From: Eledone cirrhosa
Lineage: Eukaryota
Direction of reading: 5' to 3'
Assembly (NCBI GenBank): GCA_964016885.1
Contig: OZ024743.1
Span: forward strand, 343,728,001-343,792,000
DNA length: 64,000 nt
The notes below the pieces were generated by a model. That model had not been told where the DNA came from, searched no databases, and saw only the letters and a list, made by a program, of their open reading frames with translations. How positions within the stretch are numbered: the stretch's first letter is position 1; every line of letters starts with the position of its first letter. The translations under genes and the position numbers were made by a program. Of the stretch, positions 1-12,310 are shown in pieces.

Positions 1-9
1 ATGTATGTG

Positions 10-286
10 AGTGAAGGACCCATAGCCTTTATCAGGGCATTCTTCTAGGAGAAGGCAACGCCAACATAAAACCTGCGGCTCAGTAGTTACCGATGATGTT
101 GATCTTTTCTTCTTTTCGGGTTATAGCTATTGTCGCTCAGAGAGTGGGATTGGCTCAGTGCACAGTCTTTCCTCACTTTAAAAAAATCTTCACACACAGG
201 CATTGCATGATAGCATTAATTGATAATTATTAATAATGTTATATCGTGCAATGGCCATATTCGATAAAGAGGGGGCAGCCATCATG
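10..286 (+). mobile_element. Diverged, internally deleted copy of the RTE-like non-autonomous element seen at 37.8-40.6 kb, followed by a (ATGT)n tail
   Basis: Shares 'tagccttt..ttctaggagaagg..gatgttga..gagagtggga' and the 3' end 'ggcca..tcga..gcagccatc-atgtatg' with the copies at 37775 and 38308. Confidence 0.6.
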
Positions 287-365
287 TATGTATGTGAGTA
301 TGCATTTATGTATGTATGTATGTATGTATGTATGTATGTATGTATGTATGTATGTATGTATGTAT

Positions 366-1320
366 CTCCAAGCGCTCACTGCCCTTTACCAATCGGACTT
401 TGCGATCGGCGGAAACTCTGCCTTAGTTTTCTATAGAAGGTTAGTGGAGGGCAAGAGCGAAGACGTCCTTGGGGAAACTCTGGGTGTCCACGAAAGCCAA
501 CTAGCTATTATCTTCCGGATTACTTTCGGTCCAGGGCCAATGGATAACTTCCAGATATCCCTGGCCTAGCAGTGCTACCGGAGTGCATTGCCAGTTCGAG
601 ATGAACTTTACAGGCATGGAAGCACCGTCAGCCGGGTCTGTCCGAGATGCGTGCTGGGTGACGTGACCGTCCTGCACGCATTCGTCCAGTGTCCGAGTAT
701 CGCTGACTTATGGATTTATGGACTTATGGATTTATGGACTTATGGATTTATGTCTTGTGTAGGACGGATCCGGCTATCAACTGAGTCCATCATGAAGATT
801 GCACCACCGCTCTTCTTTAACCAGGAAGGGCAGGCAGCTTTTATCTGCCTGGTGGTCACGGTGGAAGAGGTCGTATGGTGGACGCGTCTGAAAGGGTTGA
901 AAACGGGCACACTCTCCTCTTCGGCGACGCTCTCATTAACTTTTTAAAGTTTCACCTGAAAAGGAAAATCAGGGTGGAGAGGGAAGTGCTGACCGCCAGC
1001 CAGTTTGTTGAAAGGTGGGTGAGAGAGGCAAGAATGATCCGCATGAATGGGTCTAACCTGAGCGTGTGCCTGTAGTATTGAAGGAAGACTGGGAGTGGGC
1101 GTTTGCCCTATCGATCAAGGTGACTGTGGCTTTTGAGGGCTTTCTCCATAAGTAATCCTTGGAAACTCCTCACTTTTTGGAAATTTGTTATGTTTATTTT
1201 ATGTTTATTTTCTTAATCTGTTCTAAATTCTATTTTACTAAAAAAACCCACACTGTACCGCCCTGTACCGTCTTTAATGTATCCTTAGTGTGAGCCCTTG
1301 GTGACTAACAAAGAAAGCAT
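366..1320 (+). mobile_element. 5'-truncated L1/Tx1-clade LINE: decayed ORF2 C-terminus (zf-RVT-type CCHC) and 3' UTR
   Basis: Translation LPVRDELYRHG..CPRC..VTVLHAFVQCP..ADLW with stops and frameshifts; homologous to 48195-49680. Confidence 0.8.
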
Positions 1321-1971
1321 TATTTTATATATTTTTACCAAGAGTGAGAGAGTCGGTTTCTAACATAGAAACAAAAATCCTTCATTGGAATTTAGACATC
1401 AGGTAAATATTTTTACGGTTCCATTAATGGTTTAATGGATTGTACATCAACTTCCTAACTAGCTGTGCCCTTTCGGGTTCTATAAACATGTGGGACATAT
1501 AAAGGAAAGAAAACTCGGAAGAGAGAAGCACATGGACAATTTACGCTAATCTGGGGATCATTATATTGTGTCGTTAAGTATGAACTTTATAGAAATTTGT
1601 AGAAAAATTTTTTTTTCTACAAATTTCATACTTGACGACCTAATAGTTTCAGAAGCTTCAAAAAACAGCCTGACTATTTCCCCCCTGTGTATCAATAGTG
1701 CCTAAAGGAAGATAGCTATTGGGGATGCAAACACAACGGACGTCGGACAAGTAGACAAAACTGATAGATAGACAGATATATATATATATGGATGAACGGA
1801 TTGTGAGTGAATGAGTAAGATAGAGTGAGACGCTTTGAAAAAGGACGAATGCATTAGAGTCTGTAGTCCTTGATTTACAAAAATACGGGTGATCTCGATT
1901 TGAATCCTCAACATCAGTGATTTTCAACCTTTCTTCTGTCATTTGAACCCTCGACTCGATATATATATATG

Positions 1972-2090
1972 AAGGCGTGTGGCGGAGTGGTTAGAGAATT
2001 GGATTCGCAATCGTAAGGTTGTGATTTCGATTCCTGGACCAGGCGATGCGTTATGTCCTTGAGCAAGACACTTTATTTCACGTTGCTCCT
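1972..2090 (+). mobile_element. tRNA-derived SINE, 5' part
   Basis: A-box-like tggcggagtgg, B-box-like atttcgattcc, then gtccttgagcaagacactt core. Confidence 0.7.
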
Positions 2091-2206
2091 TCTACCTGGA
2101 GTTGCGACCGATAGATAGTATTAGCAATTGGAAAGACCAACGGAAACATTGTTCCCTCGGTCCGATTTGACGAAAGTCGATCGTTCCTAGATATATATAT
2201 ATATAA

Positions 2207-2733
2207 ATGTAAGTATGTATGTATGTATACGTACATACATATATGTATACAGACGTACAGTAGTATGTATATATATATACATACATGCACACATATATAT
2301 ATGCACGTATCGGTTTACCGAACATTTATTATAATGCTCGGTTTGTTTGTTTGCAAACAGCCGTTAATATGCATAAGGAAAGTATATACTTTCAGACGTT
2401 CAACCATCTGGCAGGAAGGTATACGATGCTGACGATAGCTAATAAGCTTGAAACTAGTACATCGTTCCTGTGTCAGTGTTGAACAAAAAGGTGACGTGGA
2501 TGCCTAAACACTGTACGGCGTAATTCGGGCTGTTTGTTTGTTTACAAACAAACCGAGCATTATAATAAATGTTCGGTAAACCGACACGTGCATATATATA
2601 TGTGTGCATGTATGTATATATATACATACTACTGTACGTCTGTATACATATATGTATGTACGTATACATACATAAATACTTACATTTAAGTAAGTGCCGT
2701 ATTAAGAGTGAGAAATGAAATTTCGTTTCATTC

Positions 2734-2735
<2 letters not shown>
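2207..2735 (+). mobile_element. Family A hammerhead-bearing non-autonomous element with an inverted 5' segment, flanked by (TA)n and (TC)n
   Basis: 2207-2360 is the reverse complement of about 2530-2690; same family at 14765-15185, 26694-26965 and 46775-47750. Confidence 0.8.
2424..2464 (+). ncRNA. Type I minimal hammerhead ribozyme (family A)
   Basis: cgatg-CTGACGA-t agct aata agct t-GAAAC-ta-GTA-catcg: perfect stem I, stem II hairpin, palindromic ACTAGT in stem III, GUA site. Confidence 0.88.
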
Positions 2736-2816
<81 letters not shown>

Positions 2817-2821
<5 letters not shown>

Positions 2822-3904
2822 GACGTAAAATAAGAAAATTATAAAAATTAACTTACTTACTAAAATTTCACTCCAACTAATTAGTTTCTGAAAGGGAATA
2901 AACATGGTTTCCGAATGGAACAACATGGAGAATGCCTTTCGTCATCAGGAAGTCAATTCTCAGCTAAGTTCCCAGGCGATGCGTGGACACAGGGAACTTA
3001 TACAAAAATAATTCAGTGGATGGAAAAAAGCAAGCGAGGACTAAATTCCAAGACATTGAAAAAATCACTGCCTACTTGGTCGGTGGCAAATTCAAAAGAA
3101 TCAATCACGTGACATCGAGGTTAATCAGTGAGGAGTGGGGTGTTAAGAAGACAATAGCCGAACTATTACTATGAACTATAGTAGCAGTTTTGGCAAATTT
3201 TTGCTCAACAAAATAATTTGGAGTTAATTATAAAGAATTAGTATATCTACCAACATATATATACATATGCATACCTATGCTAGCAAATATATAGGTTTTG
3301 TCTTAGTAACTTTGTGGTTCAATGTAAGGGGATGCAGAACAATTATATGAAAGACGTAAAATAAGAAAATTATAAAAATTAACTTACTTACTAAAATTTC
3401 ACTCCAACTAATTAGTTTCTGAAAGGGAATAAACATGGTTTCCGAATGGAACAACATGGAGAATGCCTTTCGTCATCAGGAAGTCAATTCTCGATGTCAC
3501 GTGATTGATTCTTTTGAATTTGCCACCGACCAAGTAGGCAGTGATTTTTTCAATGTCTTGGAATTTAGTCCTCGCTTGCTTTTTTCCATCCACTGAATTA
3601 TTTTTGTATAAGATCCCTTTGTCCACGCATCGCCTGGGAACTTAGCTGAGAATTGACTTCCTGATGACGAAAGGCATTCTCCTTGTTGTTCCATTCGGAA
3701 ACCATGTTTATTCCCTTTCAGAAACTAATTAGTTGGAGTGAAATTTTAGTAAGTAAGTTAATTTTTATAATTTTCTTATTTTACGTCTTTCATATAATTG
3801 TTCTGCATCCGCTTGCATTGAACCACAAAGTTACTAAGACAAAACCTATATATTTGCTAGCATAGGTATGCGTCTGTATATATATGTTGGTAGATATACT
3901 AATT

Positions 3905-3910
<6 letters not shown>
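2817..3910. mobile_element. Family B non-coding element: partial tandem (period about 531 bp) plus inverted copy, with imperfect hammerhead cores
   Basis: Sequence at 2817 recurs at 3348; 3491-3910 is inverted; CTGATGA-cgaa..ttcg-GAAAC at 3661-3702 (+) and mirrored twice on the - strand, but stem I pairs poorly. Confidence 0.7.
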
Positions 3911-3964
<54 letters not shown>

Positions 3965-4340
3965 AAGAAACCATTATTTTATATATTTTTACCAAGAGGG
4001 TTAATGCCCGATGGCTAAAAACGACTTCCCCGCCCTTTTTTTAAACGCCAGCCGACAAAATAGCCCCTCTACCTCCTCCCCACCCACCTCTAACCCTCCT
4101 CAACCTGAAACACGGCACTATGGTTATGTAAGTACCTCTTACCTATCTGCATTTTCTGCTTGTAGAGTTGTTTTTATGTGCCTGTGTATATGCGTATATT
4201 TATGAGTACAATGAGTGGCCGTTCGTTTGTATGCATATCGCTGTGTGTACGTGCGTTCACATGTACCTGCATATGGTGTGTATGTTTGTGTATATATATA
4301 TATATATATGTATATGTGTATGTATATATATATATATGTA

Positions 4341-4405
<65 letters not shown>

Positions 4406-4424
4406 ATGTATGTGTATGTATGTG

Positions 4425-4465
<41 letters not shown>

Positions 4466-4467
4466 GT

Positions 4468-4830
4468 ATCATCATCATCAGGTTTAGCGTCCGTGTTCCA
4501 CGCTTGCATGGGTTTGGACGGGGGTTTTCCCACTTGAGGCAAGAGTGGTTGTCTTGCTCGCATAGGACTGTCTGGCGGGTTTTCTACAGTTGGATGCCCT
4601 TCCTAACACCAACCACATTTACAGTGTGGGGCTGGGAGGTTTTTACCGTGTTGCCTACACGGCCACATTACAGCGTGGACTGTCTGGCAGGGTTTTCTAC
4701 AGCTGGATGCCCTTCCTAACACCAACCACATTTACAGTGTGGGGCTGGGAGGTTTTTACCGTGTTGCCTACACGGCCACATTTACAGCGTGGACTGTGTG
4801 TTTTTTGTCGTGACACCTACACGATCTCAT
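4468..4830 (-). mobile_element. RTE-type 3' end or SINE tail with an internal tandem duplication of about 112 bp
   Basis: Minus strand has aggaagggcatccagctgtagaaa and a (TGA)n tail; ggactgt recurs at 4565, 4677 and 4791. Confidence 0.55.
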
Positions 4831-4934
4831 TTGTTTCGGCCTGGATGTTGTGGGACCAACATAACTTTACATTGAAAGGGGCGGTGTGGGTGGGGTGGAG
4901 GTGGTGGGTATGTATATTTGTATATGTATGTGTA

Positions 4935-5030
<96 letters not shown>

Positions 5031-5060
5031 ATCAAAAGATGGTTAAAGGAGTTCCATGTA

Positions 5061-5127
5061 TTTTATTATGCGCATTTCAAAAACAAACATCATTATGCAA
5101 TAATATTTGTGTTTTCATCAGATAAAA
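5061..5127 (-). ncRNA. Type I hammerhead ribozyme (mirror of 5194-5260)
   Basis: Exact reverse complement of the 5194-5260 motif. Confidence 0.8.
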
Positions 5128-5193
5128 CAGGAGAACATGATATGAAGGCTAAAAAACACTAGTGTTTTTTAGCCTTCATATCATGTTCTCCTG

Positions 5194-5260
5194 TTTTATC
5201 TGATGAAAACACAAATATTATTGCATAATGATGTTTGTTTTTGAAATGCGCATAATAAAA
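5194..5260 (+). ncRNA. Type I hammerhead ribozyme
   Basis: ttttat-CTGATGA-(long stem II aaacacaaatatt..gatgtttgttttt)-GAAA-tgcgca-TA-ataaaa. Confidence 0.82.
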
Positions 5261-6005
5261 TACATGGAACTCCTTTAACCATCTTTTGATCTTATATATT
5301 ATGTATACTCCAGTCCTACAAACTGTAGAGTGCTTCTTATCCGATATCTGCATTGCTTTATTGTACTACAATAAAACTCACCTCCTACATATATATATAT
5401 ATATATATATATATCATAAAATATGTCTTTAGAATCACTAGATATAATATATACCATTTCCTCTCCCAATTAGCATAATTAACCATATAAAAAATCAATT
5501 AGACCAAGCTATAAGAATAAAGGCTCCTATGAAGAAATCTCCGACAAATAACCGAAAGCAGCCCCTTCGCGGTGGCTACGATAGAGTATTTATCTAACAT
5601 TTCGACACCATGTAAAAATCGACCAGATATACAGTCAACTATACACAATTAGGTGTAAAATTGAACTAAGAAGAATTGCGTACATACCTAATTACCTCTA
5701 CCATGGTTTCATCCGTATTTTAAGACATCCGTTAACAGGGAATGTCCAGAGCTTCGGAATCATCAAGAGCGAACTCAAAATTAGACATTTAATTTTCCAA
5801 AGTGATCGCGCCAAAAATACATTCAAAAATGGCTAAGAATCGTGACGTGGCAGCGGTCAAGTTAGAAAGGATGTGATTAGTTGCTTACGGCGGGTTATTT
5901 TCTGATATATAGCTCTGATTATTTAATTTATTAATTTTTCATTGAGCCACAACGTGACCTGTTGCAAAACACATATATCTATGACTTTATATATATATGT
6001 AAACC

Positions 6006-6077
<72 letters not shown>

Positions 6078-6160
6078 GTTAATTTGTATTCCAATGCTAC
6101 TAAGTAGTTGCATTGGACGGAGTCAATACCCGCATTTCCATTTCGTAAATTTTTCTCCAT

Positions 6161-6311
<151 letters not shown>

Positions 6312-6399
6312 ATATATATGTGTGTATGTATATATGTATATATATATATGTATATATGTATGTGTGTGTGCATGTGTGTGTTTATATATATATATATTT

Positions 6400-6949
6400 C
6401 GTTTCTGAATTTGTTTAGCAAGATTCTTTATCTGAAAACGTGTGTTGAAACCGATATTGTTATACTTTGGGAGGGTGATGTTGCCAATAAGAAACACACG
6501 CACCAGTTGCTTTCACTTCAATTTATTATAATAAATTTATAAATTTAGGAATTTATAAATTTCCGGTTGGTTGGTTGGTTCCACAACCAGATGGTTGTTT
6601 ATATATTGCCAAAGTTCTTTCGTCACATATTCTGTGACCTCTTCAGTGACTGGGGTTCTTTTCTTTGTTTTTTGTGCCTCTCCTTTGTTCTGTCCTACGC
6701 CATCTTGTTTTTGGCGTAGGACAGAACAAAGGAGAGGCACAAAAAACAAAGAAAAGAACCCCCAGTCACTGAAAATGTCACAGAATGTTTGACGAAAGAA
6801 CTTTGACAATATATAAACAACCATCTGGTTGTGGAACCAACCAACCGGATATTTATAAATTCCTAAATTTATAAATTTATTATAATAAATTGAAGTGAAA
6901 GCAACTGGTGCGTGTGTTTCTTATTGGCAACATGACCCTCCCAAAGTAT

Positions 6950-6958
<9 letters not shown>
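6400..6958. mobile_element. Family D element as a head-to-head inverted pair, with hammerheads at 6608-6650 (-) and 6765-6807 (+, core degenerate CTGAAAA)
   Basis: Arms about 6455-6702 and 6712-6958; minus strand gtca-CTGAAGA-g gtcaca gaata tgtgac-GAAA-gaac-TT-tggc; (TA)n on both sides. Confidence 0.78.
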
Positions 6959-6998
<40 letters not shown>

Positions 6999-7000
<2 letters not shown>

Positions 7001-7874
7001 GGGTGCGGACGATATTTGTTCGCATGATTACTGTCTAGGAACGATTAACACAATAGTTTTATTTTTAAGATTTATTTATCAAACTTGGGTCAGTTTGTCT
7101 TCATGACTTGTTCTTTCGATCTCACTCGATAAACCCACCATTGGCTTTGATGTCGGCCTCAAGGCGGTCTCGGAACCAGCTACAGGCCTTCGTCACTGTC
7201 CCCCGACTTAGGCCCCTAAAGGCACTTATTATCCTGGCCTTCAGATCGTCTTTCGTATTGCAGCTAGATCTCTTGGTGTCTCGTTCCACTGCGCCCACAC
7301 AAAGAAGTCGAGGGGGTTGCAGTCAGGCAAGCTGGGAGTCTAGATGTCAGGTGAAGTGTGGTTGACGAAGTTCTCTGACAGCCAGGCTTGGGTCTTTCGG
7401 CTGGTATGGCAGGGCGCTGAGTCTTGCTGCCACACGTACGGCCTACCTGCAGCTACCTGGTCGATCCAGGGCTTTACTGCCTCGCTCAGAACGCAGATGT
7501 AGCCATCGATGTTCAGCTTGAGGCACTCAGGGAAGAAGTGAGGTGGCATGACGTCACCTTGACTGCTGACGACACCTAGGACCAATGTTATCGCTGGAAA
7601 CTTTGTCTGCATGACTCTGGGCACGTCTTTGGATGAGACAGCGAGCCACCTGTTGTTCTGGGAGTTGATCTTCTGGTCTTATTTGTCCTTCCGGCGCGGA
7701 TTCTAAGAAGAACTCCGTGTCTCTTCCACAAATTTTGAGGTTCAAAATTATTCATAATCAATTATTCTGAAAATAAATAATGGAAATATAGTCACTGTTT
7801 TTATTAAGACAAGAGTGACAAAAAATTTGCATAAAATTAGCAGTTGAAAATTGCGAATAAGTATCGTCCGCACC

Positions 7875-7877
<3 letters not shown>
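6999..7877 (-). mobile_element. Internally deleted Tc1/mariner-superfamily transposon, DD37D (maT/mori) type, with pseudogenised transposase C-terminus
   Basis: 26-bp TIRs cagggtgcggacgata(t/c)tt(g/a)ttcgca; translation WQQDSAPCHTS...PDI*TPSLPDCNPLDFF gives 37 positions between the 2nd and 3rd D; inserted in (TA)n. Confidence 0.92.
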
Positions 7878-7973
<96 letters not shown>

Positions 7974-8519
7974 ATATATTACTAAATGGAAACTATATTT
8001 ATAAAACCATATTTATTTTATTATACATATTTCAAGGGCAACCAAGTTGGAGCTTCCTGGATAGTGGAGATAATATTTTATTGAGGGTGATACAAAGTTA
8101 TGAGTGAGTATGCAAATGAGTGTCCGAAAGGTTGAAAAGATAACGGTTTATTTAAATTAAACTGTTGGAAGAAGATGATATGTAAGGGAGAGAGAAAAAA
8201 AAGAAAAAAAGAAAGGAGAAAGAGAGAATAGGAAAGAAAGAACGATTAGACATATTGATAGTGAAGATAGAGTGAATGAAGAAATAAGTATCAATGGAGA
8301 AATATACACAGCGTAAATATATCTAAGTGAAAGAAGTGAAAGAAGAAATAAGATTAACGTGGAAGAATAATATTTATAATATAGGGTTCATTACGTTGTG
8401 ATTATAATATTTATAATGATAGGTTGAAAAATTAGATTAAAATTAAAAATTAGAAATCAAAATTAAAGATTAAAATTTGCCTTAATATTAAAGATTTAAT
8501 TTAATAATTTAATATTAAA

Positions 8520-8637
8520 AATAAAAAATAAAAAATTAAAAATTAAAAATTAAAAATTAAAAATTAAAAATTAAAAATTAAAAATTAAAAATTAAAAATT
8601 AAAAATTAAAAATTAAAAATTAAAATTAAAATTAAAA
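8520..8637. repeat. (AAAAATT)n 7-bp microsatellite
   Basis: Direct reading. Confidence 0.9.
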
Positions 8638-8984
8638 CGGAAGTATTTATATTATATTAGGATGTATTAGTAATAATATATTGGTTTAGATGTGTATGTT
8701 AAGGATTATGAATTATTTAACTAAATATATAGTATTTTACATTAGAGAAAATCTAGTATAGTTTATTTTATTAAAGTGAGTTTGGCAAAATTATATTTAT
8801 TAGTAGTTGTAAGTCAAAATTTAAACATCCAAATAATTCTAAATTTATGAAAAATTTACGAGGGTTTACAAAAGAATAACTACTTAATTATATTATAAAA
8901 ACAGTAAGGAAGTGTAATGGAAGTTAGAAGTGATTTTTTAAGATCTCAAATGACTCCAAGGATTAAATGTTATAAAGTTAAAAA

Positions 8985-9205
8985 ATGTTATCCTAAGAAT
9001 ATAATTAAAACATAAACCATATGTTATTTTATACGAAGTCATAAATTTATCTTAAGAATATAATTAAAACATAAACCATAGGTTATTTTTTATGACGTCA
9101 TACTTGCTATAAACTTTAAAAAATTTATCTTAAGAATATAGTTAAAACATAAACCATAGGTTATTCCACATATATATAAAAAACAAATCATATGTTATTC
9201 CACAT
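8985..9205. repeat. Three or more imperfect tandem copies of ttatc(c/t)taagaatata(a/g)ttaaaacataaaccata(t/g)gttatt
   Basis: Motif at about 8988, 9047 and 9125. Confidence 0.8.
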
Positions 9206-9332
9206 ATATACAAATATTTGGATACATATATTAAAAACGTTTGAAGATATAAAAATATTGGAAGATATGAAAATAATGGTTTTTCTATATCTTTCAAAGG
9301 GACTTTCAAAGAATTTTCTAAAACCTAATTTT

Positions 9333-11595
9333 CTAAAGGCTATCATTGTTGCTGCCTACGTTGTTACCTACGCTACCGCAGCTGTCGTTAGCACAATTAC
9401 AACCCACAGCACGCGGGATGGTGCGATTGTTATTCCGCACGTCATGTTCTGCATGTTCCCCAGTCACTTCGCGGTCATTCTGGTTGCGTCTGCGGATGCC
9501 GTTGCCAACACTATTGGATGCTGCCAGGGAGTTGTTAAGGCCGATATAGTTATTGTCAGGTGTAGGTACGTCTGTGTCGAGGTGCTGTGTCTTGGTGATC
9601 TTACTGTGGTTCGTTGTTCCTATGATGTCTGCTAGGTTAGGAGTAGTAGAGAAGGATATTTTTATATTGTTCCTATTAAGAATTTTTCTATACCTATGGT
9701 TGGGCGGGAAGTTCTTCTCTAAGGCTTCGAAGAACATCCGGGGTATGTTGGAGGCCACACTCCGAGAGTAGGGGTGTGTGTGTGTGTGTGTGGAACCATA
9801 GGACGTTACGGTGGCGATTACGTGTCCTTGTACTTTTGCTACGGGTGGTTCCATCTAAGTGACCGTTCTAATGTGTGTTAATGCGCAGTCGCCCGTTCGG
9901 TGCCCCTTTCACTTTATGCTCGGGTGCACTCTTTCTACCTCTTCCATGTTTATGTACACGAAGATGTTGGTTGGAAGGCGTTGGTAGTAGGCCGTCGCCT
10001 TTGTTGGTTTTGTAATAGGGGAATAGTTTGAGTAATCTACAGTGTTCACCGTCACCGGGGACGTGATCTTTGGTGCGGTTATCTATTCTATTATATCCGA
10101 CTTCAACGAGGTCGCCGCGTGATCGGTTATAGGTATGGCTTACTATAACGTTAGTTTTATGAGGGGGTGGTTTCTAGAGCTAGCGTTAGGGATGTAGGAA
10201 ATTCCTCGGTTAAAGCCGGCGCTTATCAGGGCCCTATTGTAGTAATCAGCCGCTTGGTTGAAGATATCCTCATTGGCGGATAGCCTCGAGATTCTATGTG
10301 AGATACTATAGACTATGGAGTTGAGAGTCTGCTTAGGGTGGTTGGAGGCATAATTAATATAAGAGAGGCACTCTCCAGGCTTATGGTATGGCTTGTATAA
10401 GCCCGTACTCAACTCCAGGGTCACGTCCAGGAAGTTGACAACCCTGTGGTTGAGGTCCATAGTTACGGATAAGCCGTATGACTTAAAGAACCTGTGTATA
10501 TGTTTGTTAAGGTTCTCTATCCTACGGGGGCTATGGTTCCTAACGGTAAACAGGGCGTCGTCCCTATATACACCTCCTTGTAGGGCCGGTATTTCTTCCC
10601 TAAGCTTATGTAGGAGGTATATCCCGACCAGGTCAGTTGCTTGCGCTGAGTCACTGGACCCCATCGTGACATCGAAGTTATCAGGACGGTTGGTTCTGGT
10701 CCAGTGGGAGCCTTCGAACTGGATAATGGTTCTACGTGCCGCTAGAATTATGTCTATTTCTTTTTTAGTGAGGCTAGTGTTAGATCTAGCTAAGATAAGT
10801 GCCTTATTTAAGAGTATGGGGGAGATAGAGGCGTAGTAGCTATCTATATCAAACTGGATGAATTTCAGGGTGGCTTTATCCGGCAACTCGGTGAACCAAT
10901 TTATGACCTGGTCGGTGTTGCCCCAGAGGCAGACCTTAGCCTTTCTATTAAGCTCGAGTAGTACTCTGTCGAGGATCACTTTACTAATCTTACCTATATC
11001 TGATGTAGAGGGGCATATTAGTCTAATAGAGGGGCTTTCATTAAAGTCATATTTGTGATCCTTAAGAGAGAATTTAGGCGTCAGAGGGACGTACGGGTTA
11101 GTGTACTTTTCTATTTCTAAGCTGGTGACTATATGCTTCCCTACTCTATTTATGTCATTTAGGGTACTAGAGGGTGTCTTTTTGTAGTCTTTGTGTAGTT
11201 CCTTATAGATGAATTTTTTATACTCACTCGCGTCCATCTTGTACAGCTTTTTGGTTTTGTCGGAGGTGACGAAGAGGTGCGGGTCATTCTTGATCTTAGT
11301 TATTAGTGTATCAAGGGACGTTAATAGTGGATTGCTGCATTGGTGTTTCTTTCTGAGCTTAACGTTTTTGATCATTTTCAGCAGGTCCTCTTCAAAGAAG
11401 TCCAGTAAGGTGTTGTGCGGTGGGTTTCGGTATGTTTTGAAGCCATATTTCTCTTTGGGTTCAGGAAGGTTACGGGTGTTCTTATCCAGGTGGTAGGCCT
11501 TCCATCTGACTCTCCGTATAAACGAATTAGTAGCGTCTATAAGCAGTTTAAGGTAGGTTTTTCTGCTGGGTAAGGGGATACACTTGAGAGACATG
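9333..11595 (-). mobile_element. Penelope-like element 1 (Naiad type): uninterrupted RT reading frame (10143 to about 11595), broken linker, GIY-YIG absent
   Basis: SLKCIPLPS..FIRRVRWKAY N-terminus, FIQFDIDSYYASI, FDVTMGSSDSAQ, GVYRDDAL, VNFLDVTL, YINYASNHP; downstream WF..PYS..FPPNHRYRKILNRNNIKISFS ending at GCNC. Confidence 0.92.
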
Positions 11596-11885
11596 GGTAA
11601 CGGCTGGTTCTCCAACATAATGGCAAATAAGGTGAGATGCTCTACAAAATAACACCCAGAAAACAATCCTTGCATACCAGACCCAGCCTCAGACAAACGG
11701 ATGCGGCAAAAAAAAAAAAAAAAAAAATTTGTCCGGGAAAGTCTGCCCTAACACCGGCCAGAGTTACCTCCCTTGACCTGCTGCAAAATCAAAACAAGAT
11801 ATTTTTGCGAGCAATGAACCTTGATGTGGATTTAACCCCCAAAACTCTTTCCGAGCAATATAAGGAACACTTGTGATTATTTATG

Positions 11886-11922
11886 CCCTTGAGAAGCCCA
11901 ACTGGGCGAAACGTACGTAGGT
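11886..11922 (+). ncRNA. Hammerhead-like motif with U3-A8 core, antisense to the PLE1 ORF, followed by AATAAA and (TA)n
   Basis: cc-TTGAGAA-gccca ac tgggc-GAAAC-gtac-GTA-gg; stem I is short. Confidence 0.62.
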
Positions 11923-12009
11923 GATATTTTAAATAAACATGTTTTAACGGTCTATTCTCCGATTTTTTACTTTCCCACGTATATATATATATATGTATAT
12001 ATATGTATA

Positions 12010-12186
<177 letters not shown>

Positions 12187-12245
12187 TTATATATATATAT
12201 TAATTCAAAATATTAACAAAAATAGAACTTCTTGTGATCAAGTAT

Positions 12246-12310
12246 ATTTTATTATACATATTTCAAAGGTACTGAGCTAACTTCAACAGTACGTCCTCAT
12301 CAGATAAAAT
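12246..12310 (-). ncRNA. Type I hammerhead ribozyme near the end of an AT-rich segment (about 12200-13500)
   Basis: attttat-CTGATGA-ggac gtactg..cagtac cttt-GAAA-tatgta-TA-ataaaat. Confidence 0.75.

Larger units (their letters stand above)
5028..5293. repeat. Perfect 266-bp palindrome carrying two opposed hammerheads
   Basis: Centre cact|agtg at 5160/5161; identical 66-72 aa ORF tails on both strands. Confidence 0.95.

Noticed and set aside
8005-8060. Hammerhead at the end of the AT-rich segment
   Set aside because: Only the GAAA-tatgta-TA-ataaaat half is present; no CUGANGA core
10100-10145. GTAAGC splice donor after the PLE1 RT
   Set aside because: No polypyrimidine tract or frame-compatible acceptor before the RNVLWF motif
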